DNA from: a phage
Assembly: GCA_033239445.1 (NCBI GenBank)
Contig: GCA_033239445.1_3953.1
Strand: one strand, 5' to 3'
DNA: 64,000 bases
Every line of letters begins with the position of its first letter. The first letter of the stretch is position 1. The notes under the pieces were generated by a model that worked only from the letters and a program-made list of their open reading frames with translations, was not told where the DNA came from and did no database searches. Of the stretch, positions 1 to 6,621 are shown one piece after another. Position numbers and translations under genes: made by a program.

Positions 1-47
1 TTACGGTCTTCAGTTGACTCAAGCGGTCTTTCACTTGACCTCAAAAT

Positions 48-123
48 TGGTGCTCCCACAAGGATTCGAACCCTGATAAGTTGCTTACAAGGCAACCGTA
101 ATAGCCAATTATACGATAAGAGC
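48..123 (-). tRNA. tRNA-Thr (anticodon TGT)
   Basis: Minus-strand cloverleaf read by eye: CCA encoded (tgg 48-50), acceptor gctccca pairs with taagagc (two G:U), T-loop TTCGAAT, anticodon stem gttgc/gcaac with loop CTTGTAA. Confidence 0.8.
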
Positions 124-129
124 ATTGTT

Positions 130-204
130 TGGAGCATCCAGAGGGAATCGAACCCTCAACCTCAGTTTGGAAGACTGTAATTTTCCCGTTTAAACTATGG
201 ATGC
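130..204 (-). tRNA. tRNA-Gly (anticodon TCC)
   Basis: Minus strand; encoded CCA, acceptor gcatcca/tggatgc, T-loop TTCGATT, anticodon loop CTTCCAA, discriminator U. Confidence 0.8.
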
Positions 205-210
205 ACTAAT

Positions 211-286
211 TGGTGGAGAAGCAGGGAATTGAACCCTGTACTTAAGTTTGCAAAACTTACGTTTTAACCATGTAAACTACATCCCC
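211..286 (-). tRNA. tRNA-Ala (anticodon TGC)
   Basis: Minus strand; encoded CCA, T-stem caggg/ccctg, anticodon stem taagt/actta with loop TTTGCAA; acceptor stem carries a G3:U70 pair, the classical Ala identity element. Confidence 0.8.
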
Positions 287-292
287 ATTGTT

Positions 293-368
293 TGGTACAG
301 GTGGAGGGAATTGAACCCATCGTCTTACTGATTAAGAGTCAGCCGCATAACCATTTTGCTACACCTGC
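293..368 (-). tRNA. tRNA-Lys (anticodon CTT)
   Basis: Minus strand; encoded CCA, acceptor acaggtg/cacctgc, anticodon loop CTCTTAA; close paralog of the tRNA at 1747-1822. Confidence 0.7.
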
Positions 369-375
369 ATTAATT

Positions 376-452
376 TGGTACACCTAGAGAGATTCGAACT
401 CACACTGAGCAGATTCTAAGTCTGCTGCCTCTTCCAATTGGGCTATAGGTGC
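376..452 (-). tRNA. tRNA with anticodon TAG (Leu-type anticodon, class I fold with 5-nt variable loop)
   Basis: Minus strand; encoded CCA, U8-A9, D-stem GCC/GGC, anticodon stem GCAGA/TCTGC with loop CTTAGAA, variable region only 5 nt, discriminator A. Confidence 0.6.
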
Positions 453-705
453 ATTAAATCTTTGTAGAGAACTGCTAAGACGCCAAAGCAACAATGGTAT
501 CAAATGCCTTAACAATTCTCTAAAAAGACCTATTGGCCTCTGCATAGTCTTGCTTAATCCGGTGACTAGAACCTTTGGAGAGCTTGATATTATCTCTTCT
601 CCGTGACACCTACTAGGTGCTTTACCAGTGCCGTGTACGCCAATACACGAAGAGGAAACCTGAAACACTTGCTCGAACAGCGAGTCTCAGCTTTAAATCT
701 TATTA

Positions 706-795
706 GGCGGTAGATAAAGGAGTCGAACCCTCACCGTATTTCTACAATGGCAATAGTTTTCAAGACTATTTGGCTTCCATTAGCCGCTACCTACC
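706..795 (-). tRNA. tRNA-Ser (anticodon TGA), class II with long variable arm
   Basis: Minus strand; anticodon stem atagt/actat with loop CTTGAAA, long variable arm, T-loop TTCGACT, acceptor GGTAGGT/ATCTACC with one G:U, CC encoded. Confidence 0.7.
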
Positions 796-808
796 CCTAA
801 TAAGACTT

Positions 809-891
809 TGGCATGGGACGGAGGATTCGAACCCCTTTGAGTAAGTTTTGGAGGCTTACGCACATGCCTTAGTGTCTTAACATCGTCCCAT
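809..891 (-). tRNA. atypical tRNA-like gene, best read as tRNA-Trp (anticodon CCA) with enlarged D region
   Basis: Minus strand; perfect 7-bp acceptor atgggac/gtcccat with encoded CCA, T-loop TTCGAAT, anticodon-like loop CTCCAAA on a 4-bp stem, 5-nt variable loop; D region about 6 nt too long and position 8 is G. Confidence 0.45.
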
Positions 892-1056
892 ACTATATTT
901 CGAAGCTTACCCTGTTATCTCAACACTGTCAAGCTTCTTCTCAGATTATTTACATGTTCTGGAAAACATGAGATACAGACCACCTCCTTATGAGATTGAC
1001 TCTTTCAAGTCAATGCGGAGACCCATAAAGGTCGTCGTAGTAATCTGCTAACTATT

Positions 1057-1177
1057 TGGCAGTCAAGGTAGGAGTCGAACCTACTTACTATCGAAGGGAG
1101 CTACCCTTCAGCAACTTTCCGACTTTCGTTTATCTCTTAACGCGTATCTAAGATAACTTACTCGTGTTGTCTTGACC
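1057..1177 (-). ncRNA. 121-nt tRNA-like RNA (acceptor stem, T-arm and encoded CCA but no anticodon arm)
   Basis: tgg at 1057-1059, acceptor agtcaag pairs with cttgacc at 1171-1177, perfect T-arm gtagg/agtcgaa/cctac; interior holds hairpin gaaggg-agcta-cccttc and palindromic ttatct/agataa but no 5-7-5 anticodon arm. Confidence 0.45.
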
Positions 1178-1185
1178 ATTAAAAT

Positions 1186-1262
1186 TGGCACACCCTACAG
1201 GATTCGAACCTGTAACTGACGGTTTAGAAGACCGTTGCTCTATCCGTTTGAACTAAGGGTGC
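1186..1262 (-). tRNA. tRNA-Arg (anticodon TCT)
   Basis: Minus strand; encoded CCA, acceptor acaccct/agggtgc, T-stem acagg/cctgt, anticodon stem acggt/accgt with loop CTTCTAA. Confidence 0.8.
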
Positions 1263-1510
1263 ATTATCTTTAAAGGCTCTCTTAGAAAACCCTTAAAGAT
1301 GCCCACTTTATTAATCATACCGTGGGCTAGTACGCCAAATTCTTTAACAGGGAGTTGGAATACCCTGCTGGTGTTTAGCCTATTAAGCTACTGCCAGAAA
1401 AACATTATCGTTTGCATTTATTTTTAAGTTTTTAAAATAGACGCTACGCTAACGAAAACTAAGGTTATCTTAAAGTGGTCACATCTGAATGTCAACAACT
1501 TTATGAAATT

Positions 1511-1586
1511 TGGTACTGGTAGGTGGAATCGAACCACCGATATTCCCTTATCAGGGGAGTGTTATAACCTTCTTAACTATACCAGC
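1511..1586 (-). tRNA. tRNA-Ile (anticodon GAT)
   Basis: Minus strand; encoded CCA, acceptor actggta/taccagc, T-stem ggtgg/ccacc, anticodon loop CTGATAA. Confidence 0.8.
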
Positions 1587-1588
1587 AT

Positions 1589-1665
1589 TGGAGGTTCAGG
1601 TGGGAATCGAACCCACATTCATAGGGCTTATGAAACCCTTGCATTACCTTATCTGCGACTGAACC
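1589..1665 (-). tRNA. tRNA with anticodon CAT (elongator Met or Ile2-type)
   Basis: Minus strand; encoded CCA, perfect acceptor ggttcag/ctgaacc, anticodon stem agggc/accct with loop TTCATAA; fully paired 1:72 argues against an initiator. Confidence 0.75.
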
Positions 1666-1746
1666 ATTATAAGTTGCCCCTTTGTAGAGAACTGATTGAG
1701 TGGGTGTTTCCAGCCGCGCATGTGTTCTTCAGTTAAGGGGCGAATT

Positions 1747-1822
1747 TGGTAGAAGTGGAGGGATTCGAACCCGTCGCCTGTCAGATTAAAAGTCTGCCGC
1801 ATCACCATTCTGCTACACTTCC
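1747..1822 (-). tRNA. tRNA-Lys (anticodon TTT)
   Basis: Minus strand; encoded CCA, acceptor agaagtg/cacttcc, anticodon stem tcaga/tctgc with loop CTTTTAA. Confidence 0.75.
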
Positions 1823-2024
1823 ATTAAATCATCTTTGCAGTAACCTACGCAAACCTTGCTAAAGGGTTTGTAGAGTCATCTCTTATAAGCTAATCTAGAA
1901 TCATGCTCAAGAGACTCTTCGGCACTCATGGGACGACTGGTTAGCTCCATAAGTCACTGCAAAGAGGATTACCAGACCGTATTTATCTTAAGTGCTTCCA
2001 TTACACCAACACGCCGTAACGTGT

Positions 2025-2041
2025 GAAGGAATCGAACCTTC
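2025..2041 (-). other. orphan T-arm-like hairpin (gaagg-aatcgaa-ccttc) with no complete tRNA around it
   Basis: Perfect 5-bp stem and TTCGATT-type loop on the minus strand, but no matching acceptor or anticodon arm within 90 nt; flanked by spacer motifs A and B. Confidence 0.3.
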
Positions 2042-2077
2042 GCCTTTTCTTTACCAGAGAAATAGATTGTTTATTGT

Positions 2078-2118
2078 TTGCTGTAAACGGTCTTCTGTAA
2101 AATTGTTGGAACCAGACC
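2078..2118 (-). repeat. tRNA-cluster spacer motif A (TTGCTGTAAACGGTCTTCTGTAAA) followed by motif B (ACCAGACC)
   Basis: Motif A recurs at 2166-2185, 2622-2645 and 2785-2804; motif B recurs at 1971-1978, 2575-2582 and 2735-2742. Confidence 0.6.
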
Positions 2119-2165
2119 AAGTTTTAAATTTTTCAAATTAAATTGGCTTGAAATATTAAAATTGC

Positions 2166-2185
2166 TTGCTGTATTTGGTCTTCTG
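2166..2185 (-). repeat. tRNA-cluster spacer motif A copy
   Basis: ttgctgtatttggtcttctg; same core as the other three copies. Confidence 0.6.
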
Positions 2186-2246
2186 CTCCTTTAAAGAATA
2201 CTCGTAAGAACTCTTTAAGGGAGGGGCTAAAAAGCCCTCTCAAATT

Positions 2247-2323
2247 TGGCGGTTACGAAGGGATTCGAACCCTCATCATCCTCCGTGACAGGGAGGTATT
2301 TTGACCAGTTAAACTACATAACC
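2247..2323 (-). tRNA. tRNA-Asp (anticodon GTC)
   Basis: Minus strand; encoded CCA, acceptor ggttacg/cataacc, anticodon stem cctcc/ggagg with loop CTGTCAC. Confidence 0.8.
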
Positions 2324-2329
2324 TTTATT

Positions 2330-2417
2330 TGGTGCGCCGTGAAGGAGTCGAACCTCCCGAGTCATAATGACAAGTGATTTACAGTCACCACCGCTTCCAT
2401 CTACGGGATAACGACGC
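2330..2417 (-). tRNA. tRNA-Tyr (anticodon GTA), class II
   Basis: Minus strand; 88 nt with long variable arm, encoded CCA, acceptor gcgccgt/acgacgc, anticodon loop CTGTAAA. Confidence 0.75.
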
Positions 2418-2486
2418 ATTTTATTCTATTCAGGCTAAGGACTTGCACCTTACAAATCGGTGAGCAATCGCTTCTCTCCCAAATCT

Positions 2487-2563
2487 TGGCGGTTAGTCAG
2501 GGATTCGAACCCTGTACCATTCGGTTAACAGCCGACCGCACATGCCTTATGTGCTTCCTAACC
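2487..2563 (-). tRNA. tRNA-Asn (anticodon GTT)
   Basis: Minus strand; encoded CCA, perfect T-stem caggg/ccctg, anticodon stem tcgg/ccga with loop CTGTTAA. Confidence 0.75.
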
Positions 2564-2574
2564 ATGTTAGTATT

Positions 2575-2645
2575 ACCAGACCGTATCTTTTCATTTTTTG
2601 CCTATAAAAAATTTTAAGTGTTTGCTGTAAACGGCCTTCTGTAAA
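2575..2645 (-). repeat. spacer motif B (2575-2582) plus motif A (2622-2645) between tRNA-Asn and the CAT-anticodon tRNA
   Basis: On the minus strand motif B reads TGgTAATAC, an extended -10-like element ending about 6 nt before the tRNA-Asn 5-prime end. Confidence 0.5.
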
Positions 2646-2647
2646 TT

Positions 2648-2724
2648 TGGAGGCGGGTGTAGGAGTCGAACCTACCGATAACATGCTAATGAGACATGTG
2701 AGACACCCTTTCTCTATACCCGCA
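2648..2724 (-). tRNA. second tRNA with anticodon CAT, atypical
   Basis: Minus strand; encoded CCA, perfect T-arm gtagg/cctac, D-stem GAGA/TCTC, anticodon loop CTCATTA (pyrimidine at 37), apparent U1:C72 mismatch. Confidence 0.5.
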
Positions 2725-2734
2725 ATTCTTAATG

Positions 2735-2804
2735 ACCAGACCAAATCTTTTTTGGATTTCTATGCGCGAAATTGAAAAGTTTGTTTGCTGTAATTGGTCT
2801 TCTG
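2735..2804 (-). repeat. spacer motif B (2735-2742) plus motif A (2785-2804) between the CAT tRNA and tRNA-Glu
   Basis: Same A and B cores as the other copies. Confidence 0.5.
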
Positions 2805-2811
2805 TCAAAAC

Positions 2812-2889
2812 TGGCATTCCCGAAGGGACTTGAACCCTCAAACCACACCTTGAAAGGGTGTTGACTTTACCTAATTTGTCTACGGGAAT
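2812..2889 (-). tRNA. tRNA-Glu (anticodon TTC)
   Basis: Minus strand; encoded CCA, perfect acceptor attcccg/cgggaat, anticodon stem acacc/ggtgt with loop CTTTCAA. Confidence 0.8.
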
Positions 2890-2895
2890 ATAATT

Positions 2896-2975
2896 TGGTC
2901 TCCGTTGAAGGATTTGAACCTTCGACCCCTTGCTCCCAAAGCAAGTGCTGCTAAACCAAACTGAGCTAAACGGAG
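2896..2975 (-). tRNA. tRNA-Pro (anticodon TGG)
   Basis: Minus strand; encoded CCA, perfect acceptor ctccgtt/aacggag, anticodon stem cttgc/gcaag with loop TTTGGGA. Confidence 0.75.
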
Positions 2976-3098
2976 ATAATCTTTTTAACAACCTATGTAA
3001 CAACTATAACACTATTTTTTAGTGTCTGTCAAGAGGTTTTTTAAAATAATTTGATTTATTTCAGAAAACTTCTTTTTCGTTTCTATGTAGAACATATT

Positions 3099-3130
3099 AA
3101 AGGGTATTAAACACTTTGTCAATACCCTTT
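3099..3130. terminator. hairpin just downstream of the Ro60-like gene, possible bidirectional terminator
   Basis: Perfect 9-bp inverted repeat aagggtatt / aataccctt with 12-nt loop, T-rich flank on the plus side. Confidence 0.35.
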
Positions 3131-3140
3131 TTAAAACTTT

Positions 3141-4556
3141 TTACCAATCGTAGCGTTCAACCATTACTGCTTTGAGCATTACGCTGATAGGGTCAAACTT
3201 CTCACCACCAAGCAAAGCTTTTAAAGTGGCTGGAGAGAAACCAGATACCATCGCTACACCGTTATCCTTTACAGACACTTCGCAAGTACCGTTACGGTTT
3301 GCTAAGTACCAGAATACCAGTTGTGGCATCTCATATCCAGCTTTCTTGTACTTTTCTTGAATTGCTTCAAAGTTAGTACGACCATCTGCTCCATCAACCT
3401 GATTAAACTGCATATCAGAGAAGATGATAAGCTTACTAGGCATCTCTTTCTGAGTCAAGTTGTTTTTAACACCAATCTCAAGGATTCTTGCAAAAGCAGC
3501 TTGTAGGTCAGTTGAACCATACTCTACATGACTCTTCACTTGACGTAAGCGAGTCTGTAAATCACCACTCAATGTGATGAAGTGAGGTCTGCTAGAGTAA
3601 ACCATCAATTCATCTTTAAAGCAACCTGTATTACGTTCTGAAACGTACAGGGCTAAAGATACACCAATGTCTAGCGCTGTAACAGAACCATGTCGCTCCC
3701 AAGTCATAGATGAAGATACATCTGCCATGCACAGAATGTTCTCACCCTCTTTCATCCAGTTTGGTAAAGCTTTCCACTGCTCATTTGCAACGGTTGCATT
3801 ACCATAACCGACTGACTTTGTAATGTCATAAGGGTAGACTGCACCAGCATTAATCTTAGTCTCACCTTTAGTCAGTGCTGCAATGTATGCTGCATAACGC
3901 TCACCATCTTTACGACTGAAGAGTTTTTGATAACGTGCAGCAGCCAGTGAAGGAAGCTTGCTGTAATCAATCTCTCCGAACTCATTTGCTGAAATCTTTT
4001 GTTCAACAGTATCAGATAGTGCTGACAGAAGAACTCGATACTGCTTCTCTGAAAGATTTGCAAACTTACAGAAACGACGAACAAAACGCATGTGTCGTGA
4101 TTTTACTCGTGGTAACCATTTTGCTGCCAGAGCCGATGTTGCAGGGTCTAATAGTGCCGATTCTAAATGCTTGAAAGCATCTGTTTCGTAACGTGTACCA
4201 ACAAAGATTTTGAAGTCATCATAACGACCTAAATCAGAAATCTTGTCCATGATACGTAATACTTGAAACTCATCAAGAATCCCATCAGAGATTGCTTTAG
4301 TAAGAGTATAACGGAATGCTTTACGCTCACCCATACCTTCTCGTGCATCTCGCATATGTAACAGGATTCGAACTGCTACATCAATATCTTCTCGCATTGC
4401 CTTGTAAAACAAGTTTGGAAGAACTTCTACGTTTGTTCTGCTTGAACCAGCAGCTTTGTAGAAATCTACCAGTGCAGACATTGAAGAGGTGTGGTTAACA
4501 GCACCGTTTTCAGTTAAACCTGCATGTAAATGCGAGTGCTTAAATAATTCGCTCAT
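3141..4556 (-). CDS. rsr: Ro60/TROVE-family RNA-binding protein (Rsr-like) with C-terminal vWA domain
   Basis: 471 aa; MIDAS motif LCMADVSSSM, plus GSTDLQ and KLIIFSDMQF blocks, and upstream EGMGERKAFRYTLTKAI and YPYDITKSVGY, all matching remembered Ro60 landmarks (DVSxSM, GGTD, FTDNETF, HPFHIL). Confidence 0.7.
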   Translation of the reverse strand: MSELFKHSHLHAGLTENGAVNHTSSMSALVDFYKAAGSSRTNVEVLPNLFYKAMREDIDVAVRILLHMRDAREGMGERKAFRYTLTKAISDGILDEFQVLRIMDKISDLGRYDDFKIFVGTRYETDAFKHLESALLDPATSALAAKWLPRVKSRHMRFVRRFCKFANLSEKQYRVLLSALSDTVEQKISANEFGEIDYSKLPSLAAARYQKLFSRKDGERYAAYIAALTKGETKINAGAVYPYDITKSVGYGNATVANEQWKALPNWMKEGENILCMADVSSSMTWERHGSVTALDIGVSLALYVSERNTGCFKDELMVYSSRPHFITLSGDLQTRLRQVKSHVEYGSTDLQAAFARILEIGVKNNLTQKEMPSKLIIFSDMQFNQVDGADGRTNFEAIQEKYKKAGYEMPQLVFWYLANRNGTCEVSVKDNGVAMVSGFSPATLKALLGGEKFDPISVMLKAVMVERYDW

Positions 4557-4632
4557 ATTAATTCTCTCTCGTTAGAATGTTTTGGTGAGACAGACTCTAA
4601 CGTTTGATTTAGAACCTGTCAACACCTTTTTA

Positions 4633-5001
4633 TTATTTTTTCAGAGTTGCTACAGCAGAGAACGTTGGTTTGTTCTCCTGTGCTCCCTGATTCCCATTAT
4701 CTGTAGTCTTTTTGTCTACAGCGATGGCTTTCATCTCACCTGCTGAGTGAGTCATGATAACTTTACCAGCTTCCATCATTGACTTGACTTGGATATCTTT
4801 TTGAGTCAAACCAAATTCAGCAAGCTTTACAGGGTCTCTTGTAACAATGGCCTCAAACAGCTTTGCAGCATACTCTGCTGAGTTATCAATAGTCAACTGT
4901 GCCTTGACCAGTGAACTCTTGTTACGTGAGCCTTTGGGTCTACCTGATGGGTTACCAGATTGACCTTTCTTGAATTGGCCTTTGTTTGTTCGTTTCGTCA
5001 T
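4633..5001 (-). CDS. hypothetical basic protein with GNPSGRPKGSRNK motif
   Basis: 122 aa ORF; motif resembles the GNPxGRPKG signature seen in a family of small phage proteins. Confidence 0.5.
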   Translation of the reverse strand: MTKRTNKGQFKKGQSGNPSGRPKGSRNKSSLVKAQLTIDNSAEYAAKLFEAIVTRDPVKLAEFGLTQKDIQVKSMMEAGKVIMTHSAGEMKAIAVDKKTTDNGNQGAQENKPTFSAVATLKK

Positions 5002-5391
5002 TCTTCACCTCTTTTAAGAACTCTTAAAAGGCTTTTAAGATAAGAGATAGATATCCAGAAAGATATCTGTTTAAATAGCCTTTTTAGAAGAGTCTTTTAA
5101 GTAATCTTCTAAGTATTTATTAGGCTACACGTTGTCAAGAGGAATGTCAAGTAAATTTTTTAGTTGCAATACTTCTTGACTTGTTGTATGGATTACTGTA
5201 CCATCTTACTAAAGCTGTAGGTCTGCCTTTATCTACAAAGGAGACTTAATGAGAAACAATTCAAAATTGAAGACAGGTAATAATACCAATCACTGTAAGG
5301 AATCAAAGCGGGTAGAATTACTCTATTACAAATCCTCTGAAATTGGTTTGTACCTATACTTTCAAAATTATAGACGACAAGAGGATTATTT

Positions 5392-5625
5392 ATGTGTAGC
5401 TCCCAACTAGAAATCACAGATATTATTGATTTATACCAAACTGCAAAGAGTCATGGGTATATCACTTCAATTGGAAAGAATAAGCACTATGATGCACTAA
5501 CTGGTATGTATTTCAGAGCAATAGCTCAATCTAGTGAACAGGTTCTAATGGTTTCTTCCAGTGAATTTGCTTCATTTCTCTATTGCAGCAAGATTATCAA
5601 TCGTAGGAGAACTGATAAATGTTAA
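5392..5625 (+). CDS. hypothetical protein
   Basis: 77 aa ORF with SD aagagg upstream; first gene of the plus-strand block. Confidence 0.4.
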   Translation: MCSSQLEITDIIDLYQTAKSHGYITSIGKNKHYDALTGMYFRAIAQSSEQVLMVSSSEFASFLYCSKIINRRRTDKC

Positions 5626-6209
5626 ACGTGAGTTTTAATTATAATGGTGACGGGTCTGTATCAATCACTTCACCATATTCTGATGACCTTCTTAAAGAGT
5701 TGGTTAATCAATGTGAAAGAGGTATGCACTACGTACCTAATTCATTTAAACAGAAAACAATTGCAAATAACTTGATGCGTGTTACTGTTCAGTCAATGAA
5801 CCCAGATTATAACATTGATGGTGAAAGTCCATACTCACTTATGGCTTTAGGTGCTAATAGTGAATTTAAACTGGTGTGTCATGATTCAGAAACATTCTTC
5901 AAAGTATTCTCAAATCTTATCCACAATGCTAAATACAGTTATGTAGCTGGTTCAACATCATTCTCTCCAGCAAACTACACATGTGTTGTGATTGATAACC
6001 TCAGAGAGTCTGAAGATACTTCCACAGAGATTTCTTTCGATGTGAACACCTCTCCAGAGTCCACTCCAAGTAATGACTTTGACATGAACTATGCGTTATC
6101 TCTGAGTAAGAAATCTGATTTCATTGAATACGTCAATGGATTTGGATTTAAGTTGGATGAGACAATGAATCTCAAAAAACTTAAAAACATGCTTAAGACT
6201 ATGGCTTAA
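5619..6209 (+). CDS. hypothetical protein
   Basis: 196 aa ORF, followed by hairpin ggggc-gaaa-gcccc plus T-run. Confidence 0.55.
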   Translation: MLNVSFNYNGDGSVSITSPYSDDLLKELVNQCERGMHYVPNSFKQKTIANNLMRVTVQSMNPDYNIDGESPYSLMALGANSEFKLVCHDSETFFKVFSNLIHNAKYSYVAGSTSFSPANYTCVVIDNLRESEDTSTEISFDVNTSPESTPSNDFDMNYALSLSKKSDFIEYVNGFGFKLDETMNLKKLKNMLKTMA

Positions 6210-6215
6210 GTTTTA

Positions 6216-6240
6216 TGGGGCGAAAGCCCCTTTTATTTGT
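6216..6240 (+). terminator. rho-independent terminator
   Basis: ggggcgaaagcccc hairpin followed by TTTTATTT. Confidence 0.6.
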
Positions 6241-6252
6241 TAAGGATAGATA

Positions 6253-6621
6253 ATGAAGGCAAAGAGTGGAAAAGACTTTTATTGCTTCCTACAATCTTAT
6301 GTCCAAAGTGTTCAAGAAGGTGACAGGTATAATCTTGATGATGTACTTCCGACACCCTTAACATGGCGTGATAGCAAATGGCCTGAGAAGGATATCAACC
6401 CTACCGAAACATATTCCGAATACACACCTAAAATTCCTCTACCAGATACTGAAGAACTTCTTTACCCAATGTTTCATATCGTTGGTCTTGGTACATTTTT
6501 GATGGATATTCAATATGTGATGGGTAAAGGCTATAAGATTGACGGAGTTGTTGTAGGTGATGTTTCACCGCAGCACAAAGGTTATTTTAGACTAAATGCA
6601 AGATTAGAGGCTAAGAAATGA
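6253..6621 (+). CDS. hypothetical protein, paralog of the N-terminal domain of the next gene
   Basis: 122 aa; shares W-P-E-x-D-I, Y-T-P, EELLY and MD(I/L)QY blocks with residues 1-120 of 6618-7502. Confidence 0.55.
   Translation: MKAKSGKDFYCFLQSYVQSVQEGDRYNLDDVLPTPLTWRDSKWPEKDINPTETYSEYTPKIPLPDTEELLYPMFHIVGLGTFLMDIQYVMGKGYKIDGVVVGDVSPQHKGYFRLNARLEAKK

Noticed and set aside
384-668. 94-aa minus-strand ORF from the six-frame track
   Set aside because: Its 3-prime part runs through the tRNA at 376-452 and the rest lies in tRNA-cluster spacer; no RBS; artefact of open frames in structured RNA genes.
1264-1298. 10-bp inverted repeat (atctttaaagg ... ccttaaagat) between tRNA-like element and tRNA-Arg as a terminator
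   Set aside because: No U-run follows on either strand and the loop is 14 nt; more likely a processing or structural hairpin, so not called.
1503-1736. 77-aa plus-strand ORF
   Set aside because: Entirely overlaps tRNA-Ile and the CAT tRNA on the opposite strand; the whole region is a minus-strand RNA cluster.
2547-3003. Two overlapping minus-strand ORFs (2547-2744 and 2686-3003)
   Set aside because: They span tRNA-Asn, the CAT tRNA, tRNA-Glu and tRNA-Pro plus the repeated spacer motifs; reading frames through tRNAs, not genes.
3172-3506. Short plus-strand ORFs antisense to the Ro60-like gene (and similar antisense ORFs inside nrdA, nrdD, rIIA, the NAMPT-like gene, DNA polymerase and primase-helicase)
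   Set aside because: All are embedded in long, motif-supported genes on the opposite strand, lack RBS and are typical AT-rich antisense frame noise.
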